Below, in pieces: positions 54,966 through 64,000 of a stretch of 64,000 nucleotides of DNA (the stretch's first letter is position 1; each line of letters begins with the position of its first letter). The stretch spans positions 7,572-71,571 of the IMG/VR virus record IMGVR_UViG_3300019890_000004; one strand, written 5' to 3'. The position numbers were made by a program, and so were the translations under genes. This stretch comes from a virus. The notes beneath the pieces are model-generated. The model saw nothing but the letters and a program-made list of their open reading frames with translations. It ran no database searches and was not told the origin of the DNA.

Positions 54966-55945
54966 GCCGTCAGCCCCTTGGGGTGTCGGAGGCGGTTCTT
55001 CTCGGGCGCCTGGCAGATCTTGCAGAAGCCCACATCGCCCTCCACGAACGGGTGCGCGCCGGCTGCGTGCGCCGGCTCCGGAATGGGCTCGGCGAGGATC
55101 TCGGCCACCGGAGGCGGGTCGCCGAGCAGCAGGAGTTCCACGTCGGCCGCGCGCCGGATCGACCTGGTGAAGTACTTCTCCGGGTCGCGGATGACCGTCC
55201 CGGCATCCTCGGCCCGTTTCGCGAGCGTGCGGATGACCGCGGCGGCCTCGGGGTCGCCGATGATCCGGCCGGCCTGCTTGCTGAACTCGGCGGCGACGAC
55301 CCGGAGCAGCTTCGGGTCACGCGCGTACGTGTCGGATTGACTAACCCCTGATGATGATTGATCAGATCTATCTATCTGTGGTGTCACGCGTGACGTCCCG
55401 CCGGTGTCACGCGTGACATGACTAACCTTGACCTGCGGTTTCTTCCGGATTTCGGTTTGGTCCCGCGTGACATCGGCGGTTGTCCCGCGTGACATCGGCG
55501 GGACGCCGACGGCGATCCGCTCCTGCCGTTCGGCTGTCTCTCCTGCCCGCTGCCTGCGCTTACGCTCCCGCGCCATGTCCCGCTGCCGTTCGGCTTCGGC
55601 CTTGTCACGCGTGACCTGCTCGGCCTCGTCGGAGGCGTTCGTGATCGTGATGCCGTTGCCCGCGATGATCCGCCAGCCACCACCCTTGACGGGCCGGATG
55701 ATCCCGGCGGCGCGCAGCGTTCGCGTGACGAGATCGGGGTCGCCGGTGAGCCGGGCGAGCTGCGAGGACGGCACGAACCCGGATTTCGAGTTCCGCGCGG
55801 TCCAGGCGCAGGCGCGGTTCAGGAACGCCACCGAGCAGTCAGGGAGGCTGGCGCCGAGGTCGTCATACCAGGCGTCGCTGATGTTGAACGGCACGGCTAC
55901 CCCCGCCAGGGGGAGCGCGTAGGGACGGTCAAGGTACATCTCCAT
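54962..55945 (-). CDS. replication initiator-like protein
   Basis: winged-helix-like N-terminus, ARERKRRQR motif, internal iterons, IRDPEKY C-terminal motif. Confidence 0.7.
   Translation of the reverse strand: MEMYLDRPYALPLAGVAVPFNISDAWYDDLGASLPDCSVAFLNRACAWTARNSKSGFVPSSQLARLTGDPDLVTRTLRAAGIIRPVKGGGWRIIAGNGITITNASDEAEQVTRDKAEAERQRDMARERKRRQRAGETAERQERIAVGVPPMSRGTTADVTRDQTEIRKKPQVKVSHVTRDTGGTSRVTPQIDRSDQSSSGVSQSDTYARDPKLLRVVAAEFSKQAGRIIGDPEAAAVIRTLAKRAEDAGTVIRDPEKYFTRSIRRAADVELLLLGDPPPVAEILAEPIPEPAHAAGAHPFVEGDVGFCKICQAPEKNRLRHPKGLTA
55336..55615. repeat. probable replication origin: GTC(A/C)CGCGTGAC iterons plus AT-rich tract
   Basis: copies at 55383, 55406, 55460, 55482, 55604; AT-rich 55336-55380. 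Confidence 0.7.
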
Positions 55946-55995
55946 GCCTTGCAAGCGGATTAAGGGCAGCGGAGAGCGGCATAGCCGCAGCCGGG

Positions 55996-56184
55996 TCACG
56001 GCTCGCTGCCCGTCATCGGCGTCCAGCCGCCAGGCAGGCCGAGGCAGAGTCCCTGCGGGTCCGTGACGGCCGGGACGGCCGCAGGTACCGGCACGGGCAG
56101 GCCCGGGACTGTCAGGACGGGACGGCGGAGGAAGCCGAGGCGGGCGAGAATCACCGCGCCCAGGGCGAGCAGGCGCGCTCTCAT
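55996..56184 (-). CDS. small hypothetical protein
   Basis: ATG at 56184 downstream of an extended -10. Confidence 0.4.
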   Translation of the reverse strand: MRARLLALGAVILARLGFLRRPVLTVPGLPVPVPAAVPAVTDPQGLCLGLPGGWTPMTGSEP

Positions 56185-56205
56185 GACGCACGTTCCCGGT
56201 TCGCG

Positions 56206-56286
56206 GGTGCATATGCACCAATGTAGCATGGTGCATATGCACCCTGACCCCAGGCCAAAAGAACCTGCACATGCACCGGATACGCT
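56206..56286. promoter_or_regulatory. divergent promoters with palindromic operators GGTGCATATGCACC
   Basis: perfect copies at 56206-56219 and 56230-56243, degenerate at 56265-56277; TGcTACATT (-) and TACGCT (+). Confidence 0.75.
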
Positions 56287-56293
56287 TTGCCGC

Positions 56294-56479
56294 GTGCCCA
56301 ACCAGCCGAAGACGCCCAACCGCGCGATACGCGTCGACGAGCAGCTGTGGGCCGACTACGGCGCGGCCTGCGACGAGGAAGGCACCACCCGGTCCGACGA
56401 TCTCCGGGCCCACATGCTCCGCAGGGTGAGGGCATGGAAGAAGCGGCGCGCGGCTGACGGCGACCGCGCCGACGGCTGA
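56294..56479 (+). CDS. ribbon-helix-helix DNA-binding protein
   Basis: PNQPKTPNRAIRVDEQLW..RSDDLR; probably leaderless. Confidence 0.75.
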   Translation: MPNQPKTPNRAIRVDEQLWADYGAACDEEGTTRSDDLRAHMLRRVRAWKKRRAADGDRADG

Positions 56480-57553
56480 GCGCACGGCACGGCCCTGCCG
56501 CGAGTCCTGGCCTCACCGCCGCCCCCTCTTGGGGGTAGCGTCGAGCAGCTCCTTCAGGTCCATCCGGTCTTTCAGCGCGGCGATCTCCGCCCGTGTCCAC
56601 TCCGCCCGTTCCGGCCGTGTCCAGGCGGCGAGGAACGCGAACCCGGCCCACCCCAGGAAAGCCAGTGCCGCCGACGCCGCTGCCGCTGCCAGGTCCGAGC
56701 CGGTTGCCGGCGCCCAGGGCGTCAGCAGCCACAGCGCCAGGGCCGTGAACGCGACCGGGAAGACGGCAGCAGCCGACAGGATGCGCGCCCTCACCGCCCT
56801 GCCCTCCCGCCGTGGACCGGGGCCGCCCCGCCCATGCCGCACCAGCAGCCGGGCCATGAACGGTCAGCGGCGTACCGGTGAGGCCGGCCGGGCTCCAGGC
56901 GGCCGTCGGTGACCGCCGCGTGCAGGGCGGCGAGGAGACGGCGGATCACCGGGCATCGCCGCAGACGGTCTTGTGCCCGACGGAGCCGACCGGGTACGTG
57001 CACTTGCGGCACCGTCGCGCGGGGGCAGGCGCGGGCACCGGCGGGGGCTCGGGTACCGCTGCCGGCGTCGGCTCAGGCACAGGCTCAGGTGCCTGCCCGG
57101 GAGACAGGCACGGGCCCGTTCCCGCGCACGTGACGTACTTGTCCGGCTTCGGCCTCCCGCACCCCGGGCAGGCGGTCGTCAGGACGGGGCTCCGGCGCGG
57201 CGGCCTGGGCGCGGACTCCCCGGCGGCAGGCACCGGCGGGCGCGGGACAGGCCTCGGCGCCGGCTTCCGGCGCGGCACCGGCGGTGGGGGCGAAGCCGGG
57301 GGCGGCGGGCTCGCACCGCGCAGGACCGCCTTCGCCTCCCGCTGCAGCTGCCACGGGCTCAGCCGCGCCGTCAGCGTGTCGGCACCGGTGCCCCGGTAAA
57401 CGTAGCCGCGCGGCTCGGGCAGCCCGTTGCGGGGCCCGCCCGGTGCCGTGCCCCTGACCTCCCGGCCCAATCCGTCCTCCTGCTGCGTCAACATCGTTGT
57501 CTTCAGGTGCGCGGGCGCTTCCTCCGGCCGTCCCGGCGCTCTCGCGGTCACGT

Positions 57554-58102
57554 TCACGCCGCACCGCCCTGGGGCTTCCCGGTGCCGGCAGGGCGCCCTC
57601 GCGGCCCCGGCGTGATGGTGACGCCCTGGCGCTCGATCGCGCCCCTCATCGCCCGCCAGGCGACCCCGTACTCGCGGGCCAGCCTCCCGACCGGCACCCC
57701 GGCCCGGTGCCGTGCCGCGGCCTCCGCCGCCCACAGGTGATCGCCGCGCTCCCTCGCCTCCCGCTCGCGCCGCAGCCGCGCGGCCTCCGACCGGCTCCGG
57801 GACCCGGTCCCGTACTGCCTCACCGCCCGCAGGGCCGCCATCGGGGAAACGCCGGCCTCCCGGGCGGCCATCCTCGCGCTGTGCCCGGCCGCGTAGAGAG
57901 CGGCCGTCGCGGCGCCGGCCTCCCCGGCCAGCTTGCGGGGGACGCCCGGCTCCCGGAACGGGGTCCCCGTCCGCTTGACCGCCCCCCTGACGGCACCCCG
58001 GCCGATGCCGAACTTCGCGGCGACCCCGCGGTCGGACAAGCCGGAAGCGTAGGCGGCGGCGATCTCGCTGTCGCGCCTGCTGTCGGCGCGCTGCCCGCTC
58101 AT
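57554..58102 (-). CDS. multi-HTH DNA-binding protein
   Basis: three YxxGxS..A..GV/GI repeats. Confidence 0.7.
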   Translation of the reverse strand: MSGQRADSRRDSEIAAAYASGLSDRGVAAKFGIGRGAVRGAVKRTGTPFREPGVPRKLAGEAGAATAALYAAGHSARMAAREAGVSPMAALRAVRQYGTGSRSRSEAARLRREREARERGDHLWAAEAAARHRAGVPVGRLAREYGVAWRAMRGAIERQGVTITPGPRGRPAGTGKPQGGAA

Positions 58103-58670
58103 AAGGCCGCCTCGGGCGGCTCAGGCGGGAGCTTGATCCGCAGGGCGGGCGGCGGGGGGTCGTCGAACGCTTCCGCTCGCGGTGCAGCGACGCGCAGGCG
58201 CCCGGACCCCGGCTGGACGGCAGGCTTCGGCTTCCCGCCCCGCCTCCGGCCCGCCGCCGCGTTCGATGACCGCGCCGCCTTCCACGCGTCCCTGAATTCC
58301 TGGCCGGCAAGCGGCCTGGTGGTTCCGGGCAAGGGCGCGGTCTGCCGCAGTCGCGCGCCCCTGCCCGGTTCTCCCGCAGGCAGGGGCCCGGCGCTTCCCT
58401 GGACTCCGCCGGGCCCCCCCTCCGCCCCGCCAGCGCGCCCCTCAGCGACTGGCAGGGAGTCCGGGGCCGGCCCGTCCCCTGGGGGTTCCGGGGACGGGCC
58501 GGGTACCCCTTGGCGCGCTACACCGCGCGAAGGGGTGACCCGGACGCCGGGACGGGAGTCGGCGGCGTCCGGGGCGGCGGCAGCACGGGCAGGGGGATGC
58601 CCGTCCGCCGCGTTAAGGCCCCGGCCAGGCCGGGGGGGTGACCCGGCCGGGGAGTTCTGGGGAAAGGAGT

Positions 58671-58997
58671 TCATGACGATCGCTCCGGGGTGCTGCGGGA
58701 CACGCCGGGCAGCGGGCAGTCGTGCGCGCCCTCGGGCAGTTCCCGGCAGGCACGGCAGCCGCTCTGGCCGGCCAGTTCCGCGTGAGGCCCGCACAGCCAG
58801 GCGTCGCGGACGTGACCGCACGGGCAGCGGCCCGCCCAGTAACCGGCGGCGGGCAGCCCGCACAGGACCAGACCGTGCACGGAGTACGGCGCGGAGGCTT
58901 CAACTTCGATCAGTTCGGCGACGGGGACCTTCGCCAGGCAGCGCGGGCCGTTGCCGCCCGCCTCTGCCGGTGCCATGCGCTCGTCGACGGCACTCAC
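58671..58997 (-). CDS. Cys-rich hypothetical protein
   Basis: several CxC and CxxC motifs. Confidence 0.55.
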   Translation of the reverse strand: MSAVDERMAPAEAGGNGPRCLAKVPVAELIEVEASAPYSVHGLVLCGLPAAGYWAGRCPCGHVRDAWLCGPHAELAGQSGCRACRELPEGAHDCPLPGVSRSTPERSS

Positions 58998-59644
58998 CGG
59001 ACATCAGCCCCTAGTCGTCCCTCGGTGATTTTGCGGGGGGAACTGCCGTCAGCCCACGGGCGGATCGTGTACGGCTCCCCGGACGGCAGGAACGGGTGCC
59101 CGGCCTTGTCGAGGAACAGGCGCAGGTGGACGACGTTCGGCGACCGGTACGGGTCGAACACCGACGCGGCGGGCTCGAACCATGACTTCGGCGCGTCGTC
59201 CGGGCCGAAGAACACCAGTCCCCAGGTGCGGACCTCGTCATCGGGCGGGGTCTCCAGGTCCATGCCGGTGTAGTCCTGCGACACGCCGAGGCCCGGCCGG
59301 GCGCGGTAGAGCCGCGCGATTTGCGGGCGCGGGTAGCTCACCGACAGGTGCAGGCATGATTCGTAGTCGCTGTTCGCCCACCAGCCGCTGTTGTGGTAGC
59401 CGACGTCGAGCGACAGCAGCACCCGGCACGGGCGGCCTGGCTCGGTGATCGCCGTCGTGTCGAGATAGTGGCGGGGGCAGTCGAGCGGCACGTTGCCCGG
59501 CCACGGGTGGGCGCGGGCATGCCGAAGCGTCGCGCCGATCATCCACTCGGGCAGCGGGCACGTCAGGTCGTCGCGGCCCAGGACCGGGAAGCCCTGCGGC
59601 CGGGGCGCTTCCCCTGCCGCCTTCCGCCGCTTCGCCTCACCCAC
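58994..59644 (-). CDS. hypothetical protein
   Basis: 216 aa, GC3 bias, GYHNSGWW..CLHLSVS. Confidence 0.7.
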   Translation of the reverse strand: MGEAKRRKAAGEAPRPQGFPVLGRDDLTCPLPEWMIGATLRHARAHPWPGNVPLDCPRHYLDTTAITEPGRPCRVLLSLDVGYHNSGWWANSDYESCLHLSVSYPRPQIARLYRARPGLGVSQDYTGMDLETPPDDEVRTWGLVFFGPDDAPKSWFEPAASVFDPYRSPNVVHLRLFLDKAGHPFLPSGEPYTIRPWADGSSPRKITEGRLGADVR

Positions 59645-60047
59645 GGCCCTCTCCCGTCACGGTGAGCACTACGCCCGGGGCGATCTCCCCTGAAGGCCAG
59701 CACTCGCGGGCGAACCGCAGCGCCGGGGACCTGGCCAGCCCGGCCCGCGTGAGGACCCGGGCCCGCGCCTGGACCTCCGCCCGCGCGGGGGCGTCGTCGT
59801 CCTTCAGGGACAGGCCGTTCGCGTCCAGGGCCCGGCGCACTTCCCCGACCACCGCCGTCCCGGCCCGGTTCAGGTCCGCGATGTCCAGCGGGGTCATCGC
59901 GGTCAGCTCTCCGACTGTCCCGATCCCGCTGCGCCGGAGGCAGTTCATCGCGATCGTCCCCATCCGCCCGGCGTAACCGTGCCGCCCGGGCGGCCACAGG
60001 AGGCGGACGGGAGAGGCCGGGGTGATCGGCCCCGTCTGCTCAGGCAT
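59637..60047 (-). CDS. RNA polymerase alpha C-terminal domain-like protein
   Basis: NCLRRSGIGTVGEL..DI..LNRAG..VGEVRRAL..GLSLKD resembles RpoA CTD. Confidence 0.75.
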   Translation of the reverse strand: MPEQTGPITPASPVRLLWPPGRHGYAGRMGTIAMNCLRRSGIGTVGELTAMTPLDIADLNRAGTAVVGEVRRALDANGLSLKDDDAPARAEVQARARVLTRAGLARSPALRFARECWPSGEIAPGVVLTVTGEGRG

Positions 60048-61847
60048 CTCGTGCCTCCTGTGCGCCTGCGGCGATGAGGATGCGGTACAGCCAGGACGGG
60101 ACGGTGATCCTCACCCAGGCCAGCGGGCGGCGAGGAGGCTGCACGCCGCACGCCTCGTAAAGCGCCGCCGTGATCGCGGGAAGGTCTTCGGGGACGACTA
60201 CGGCCCCGCCGGCTCCCGTCGTGACCACGCAATCCTGCCTGCCCGCCGGGACGGCGATTTCCAGCCAGCCGCCTTTGCCGTCGGCCTTCCTGTATGGCCG
60301 CTCCATCAGGCCGCCCCCGTCATCTCGAACAGCGGGTCCATGTCCTTCGGGGCGCGCCGTGTCCCGGCGTCGGACCGCTTCTTGCGCGCCTCGTAGCCCA
60401 TGCACACCGGCCACGGGCCACTGCCGAGTTCCGCAAGGCGCTCCGGGCGCGGCGATGCGTCCGGGGACCATTCGGGGATGGCCGCGTAAGGGTCGGCGTA
60501 GGCGCTCGCGGGCAGCGTGCACGAGAAGCCGCCCATGCCGCCGGATGCCTCCCGGCCTCGGTCTTTCACGCAGCCCCGGCACATGACGCGAAGCCACTCC
60601 TCCATGCGCATGCCGCCTTCGGAGTTGCCGCCGAACAGGTCGACGACCGTGTTCTCCGGCTCGGCCGCGCTCACCAGGCCACCGCCGTCGGGAACGCGGG
60701 CTCATCGTCGCGGGACGCATCCCACGGAGGCGGGATAAGGGCCAGGGTCGTGGCCTCGCGGGCGTGGACGGCGGCGCACCAGCACCTGCCCCGGGCCCAG
60801 TGGCTGCCCTGGAGTACGTCCCGGATCTCCAGGCGCAGTTCCCGCCCGGTCGGCATCGGCCAGTGCATCACCGCCCCCACATCCGCTCCAGCGTCTCGAT
60901 GAACTCGCGCTGCGCCGCGGCCTGCGCCGCCCGGACCCGCGCCTGGTGCCGTGCCCGGATCCTCGCCCGCCGCCGTCCCTGCCGGGGCAGGCCCCACACC
61001 CACGCGCCGAGTTTCACGACCCCCATGACTGCCGCCCCCGCTGTCCCCAGGGCGACCGGGAGCACCCACCAGCCGGTCGCCAGTGCCGCCCTGACCGCCC
61101 ATGCCGTCACCGTTCACGCCGTCCTCACGCCCGCGCCTCACCGGCCGCGCCCTTCCGTCAGTTCCAGTTCCATCGCCGCGAGGTCGGGAGCCGCGACCGC
61201 GAGAGAGTCCAGGAGGACCGCCCAGGCGTCGAACGCGTCGCCCTGCTCTCCGGCGACCGCGTCCGCGTACCAGCTGATGCGCAGCACGACTCTCGCGATG
61301 TCCGCGTCAGCCAGGTCCGGGAGCCCGACCCGGAGCCCGTCCGCGAGCCGGTCCCCGTGCTCCCGCTTCCCCGCCGACACTCCCGCCCGCCACATGCGCA
61401 GGTCGCAGAGGGCTTCCCGTTCCCGGTCCCGCTCCGCCTGCTCCTCTTCCGGCAGCACCGGCCCGGCAGGTGCCTGGTCGGCGACGGGGAGGGGACGCCG
61501 GGCGTCCTCCAGTGCCGTCCTCCACCGGGCGCAGTCCCGGCACCCGCGCCGGGAAAGGCGCAGGAACCGCAGCCGGGCCTTCGCCTTCCCCCACAGGACC
61601 GCGGCGAGGAAACCCGCGTTGAACGCGACCCGTTCCGCGATGGCGCTCATGGCCGCCTCCCGGCCTGCCGTGCCCGCTCCTCCGCGAGCCGCTCCGGTCC
61701 CGCCAGGGCCCGCGTCCCGGCCTTGTCCGCGTACCCGTCGATCAGCCCGATGAGAGCGCGGAGCTCCCCGTCATCCAGCGGGGTTCCGTCACCGGGGACG
61801 CGTGCCGGCCTGAGACGGGCCGCCAGTCTCCTTGCCGCCCGGATCAC
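60040..61847 (-). other. small hypothetical genes (about 60040-60306, 60306-60674, 60671-60871, 60868-61141, 61138-61650, 61647-61847)
   Basis: coupled ORFs; starts approximate. Confidence 0.5.
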
Positions 61848-62323
61848 GCCGCCGCCTCCCGGGGAGGGGCGAACGAGTACTCGCCGTCATCGGTCAGCCA
61901 CACAGCGACCCCGGACCGGTACTCGCTGGCGAGCATCACCCCGACCGCCGCCGGGTCCTCCCATGACCGCAGCCAGAACCCGCGCCCGTGCATGTCCGGG
62001 TCGCGCGATTCGGCGAGGCCGTGACATCCTGTCACCGCAGAGCCGCACAGGAGAACGAGGTTCGACGGCAGGTTCACCGCCGGGTCCGCCGTCCCGCCCA
62101 TGCCCCTCGCCCGCCGGTGCTGGATCGAGTGCGGGAGCCCGCGGACGCTGACCCCGCAAGCGGCGCACTGCATTTCCTCCCGCTCGCGGATCAGCTTCCG
62201 CACCGCCGGGGACGGTCCCGTGTCCCGGGCAGGCCTGCGCTTGCGGGAGGCGCGGGGAAGCACCGCGGCCCGCTTCAGCGCCGTCCCCGGCTTCCCCCGC
62301 CGCAGGGGACCGGAGCGCCTCAC
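61844..62323 (-). CDS. HNH endonuclease
   Basis: CAAC..QHRRARGMGG..SNLVLLCG..GCH. Confidence 0.8.
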   Translation of the reverse strand: MRRSGPLRRGKPGTALKRAAVLPRASRKRRPARDTGPSPAVRKLIREREEMQCAACGVSVRGLPHSIQHRRARGMGGTADPAVNLPSNLVLLCGSAVTGCHGLAESRDPDMHGRGFWLRSWEDPAAVGVMLASEYRSGVAVWLTDDGEYSFAPPREAAA

Positions 62324-63816
62324 GACGCGCCGCCGGCCGCCGGCTGATACAGGTACTCGTCGACGAACGACAGCGGCCCCCGGTCAAGCAGCACCTTCGC
62401 CCGCGTGACCGCCACGTAGGCGAGCATCATCTGCTCGGGTGACGGCGGCGGCGCCTCGTCCTCGTCAGGGGCCTTCCGCGGCTTGCGGAAGTCGGCGATC
62501 TGCACCGACTCCCACTCGCGGCCCTTGGCTTTGTGCGCCGTGCTGACGACCACAGCGGCATACCGTTCCTCGACGAGCTGCGCGCACATCGCGAGGATCT
62601 TCTCCGGCGTGTGCTCGTCGATCAGCTCGACGAGCACCAGGAGGTCCTCGCCGCCCGGGTCGTTCTCCGCGTAGTCGCGGACCTCGGACCAGCTCTGGAA
62701 TGCCATCAGCTCCGGGTGGTCGGTGCCGCGCCCCTGCTTCAGGGAGATCGCGGCCTTCGCGAGGCGCTCGATCTCCCCGCCGCCGGCCACACCCGGGCGC
62801 GGCGACGGGATAGCGGTCTTCCGGCCGGCCCCGATCTCGGCGATTACCTGCTTCATCACCCCGGCATTGGAGCGGCACAGGATCGCGGCCGGCGCCTCGG
62901 CAACGGCCAGCCGCGACGGGATCGACGGGGTGCCGGACAGGCGCAGGTCCGCGTCCAGCAGCCCGAGCCACTTGTTCGCCTCGGCGGCGATCGCCGGGCC
63001 GAACCGGAACGACTGCGACAGGGACAGCTTGTTGCCCCCGCCGAGCCGGTCCAGCGCATCGGTCGCCCCGCGCCATCCGTAGATCGCCTGGCACGAATCT
63101 CCAACGGCAATGACCTGCGCGTCCTGCCGGGCGATCACCCATTCGAGAACCGGGTTGCAGTCCTGTGCCTCGTCGAGGAACAGGACGTCGGCGTCGATCC
63201 GCGGGTCCGACAGCTGCCACCACTTGATGTACCAGTCGTGCTGGTACTTCAGCTTCCCGTCCGGGTCGCAGGCGTCCCCCCAGGCGCGGCGGGCGAGCGG
63301 CACCAGGACCTCGCGGAGCGCCAGCTGCACGGCGGGGTCGTTCAGGCCCTTCTTGAAGGGGACGTGGGCGGCGGAGGGCTCGCTGTCGGCGGAGTAGCAG
63401 AACCGCTGCAGGGTCTCCATGGCCAGCCGCGCGACCTGGACGGGGGACAGCTTCCCGCCGCCGGGCAGCGCGACCGGGTCGTTGATGCCGAGGATCTTCG
63501 CGACCTCTTTCGCGGGAACGTGCCTCTTGTTGTCGAGCCGGTGACGGAACCTGGCTCCCGCGCTGGCGTACGCCAGCGAGTGCGACGTGGAGCACCGCAC
63601 CCACCGCGGGAACTTCCGCTCCGCCTCCATCGCGACCGACTTGTTGTAGGCGATGTAGCGGGCTCGGGCCTGCCTGGCCTCCCCGAGCATGACCAGGGTG
63701 GACGTCTTGCCGGTGCCTGCGCCCGCGGTGACCGCGAGCGGGCCGCCGGCGAGGTAGGCGTCGCGGATCTGCTCCTGCTCGCCGGTCGGCTTCAGCTCAG
63801 CCGCACGGCCGGTCAC
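62320..63816 (-). CDS. UvrD/SF1 helicase
   Basis: AGAGTGKT, LDEAQD, VGDSCQAIYGWRGA, SFRF, TAHKAKGREW, YVAVTRA. Confidence 0.92.
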   Translation of the reverse strand: MTGRAAELKPTGEQEQIRDAYLAGGPLAVTAGAGTGKTSTLVMLGEARQARARYIAYNKSVAMEAERKFPRWVRCSTSHSLAYASAGARFRHRLDNKRHVPAKEVAKILGINDPVALPGGGKLSPVQVARLAMETLQRFCYSADSEPSAAHVPFKKGLNDPAVQLALREVLVPLARRAWGDACDPDGKLKYQHDWYIKWWQLSDPRIDADVLFLDEAQDCNPVLEWVIARQDAQVIAVGDSCQAIYGWRGATDALDRLGGGNKLSLSQSFRFGPAIAAEANKWLGLLDADLRLSGTPSIPSRLAVAEAPAAILCRSNAGVMKQVIAEIGAGRKTAIPSPRPGVAGGGEIERLAKAAISLKQGRGTDHPELMAFQSWSEVRDYAENDPGGEDLLVLVELIDEHTPEKILAMCAQLVEERYAAVVVSTAHKAKGREWESVQIADFRKPRKAPDEDEAPPPSPEQMMLAYVAVTRAKVLLDRGPLSFVDEYLYQPAAGGAS

Positions 63817-64000
63817 GATGCGGCCTCCGCAGGCCCGGCGCCCGGGAACGGGCGCGGGGTGAACGTCCGGCGCCCCTGCCGCGCCGCGGCGAGAGTGGGG
63901 CGGTCGTGCCGGCCCCGCAGGTCCGCGAACATTTCGGACCTGCGGTTCCTGACTTCCGCCAGCAGTGCGGCCGCCGTCTCCTGGGTGATCTTCCCGCCCG

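Noticed and set aside
1-64000. Host chromosomal flanks or prophage boundary
   Set aside because: No housekeeping genes; phage-type genes continue across the putative att region and to both window ends.

Overview
Part of the genome of a very GC-rich temperate siphovirus of Actinomycetota (two BldC homologues, DUF397 genes, actinobacterial-type integrase). Phage genes lie on both sides of the probable attP, so this looks like the free or excised form. Layout: (1) 0.3-27.6 kb, + strand: head-tail joining, tail tube, frameshifting tail chaperones, tape measure, minor tail and spike genes, an expanded lysis cassette with a single-HKD PLD-family protein, then a second small structural cluster. Antisense accessory genes and homing-type endonucleases are inserted in this arm. 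(2) 27.7-35.2 kb, - strand: accessory operon with a fused GtrA-GT2-GT-C glycosyltransferase, a glycoside hydrolase lipoprotein and BldC. (3) 35-37.6 kb: xis/repressor/integrase and attP; the integrase appears to lack its catalytic Tyr. (4) 37.6-38.5 kb: a mostly non-coding island holding a large structured RNA with a circularly permuted tRNA-like domain (YrlA/Y-RNA-like, no Rsr gene in the window) and an unannotated 39-aa membrane peptide with type I toxin-like fold-back. (5) 38.5-64 kb, - strand: early/replication arm with many small genes, a HAD phosphatase, a nucleotidyltransferase, a second BldC, an RNAP alpha-CTD mimic, a replication initiator with iterons, an HNH and a UvrD-like helicase. 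Best leads: the permuted-tRNA RNA plus toxin-like peptide island, a conserved structured leader shared by two unrelated endonuclease genes, and the one-polypeptide Gtr system. Several single-base frameshifts at short homopolymers suggest some sequencing error. All family calls come from motif recognition by eye, not from database searches.
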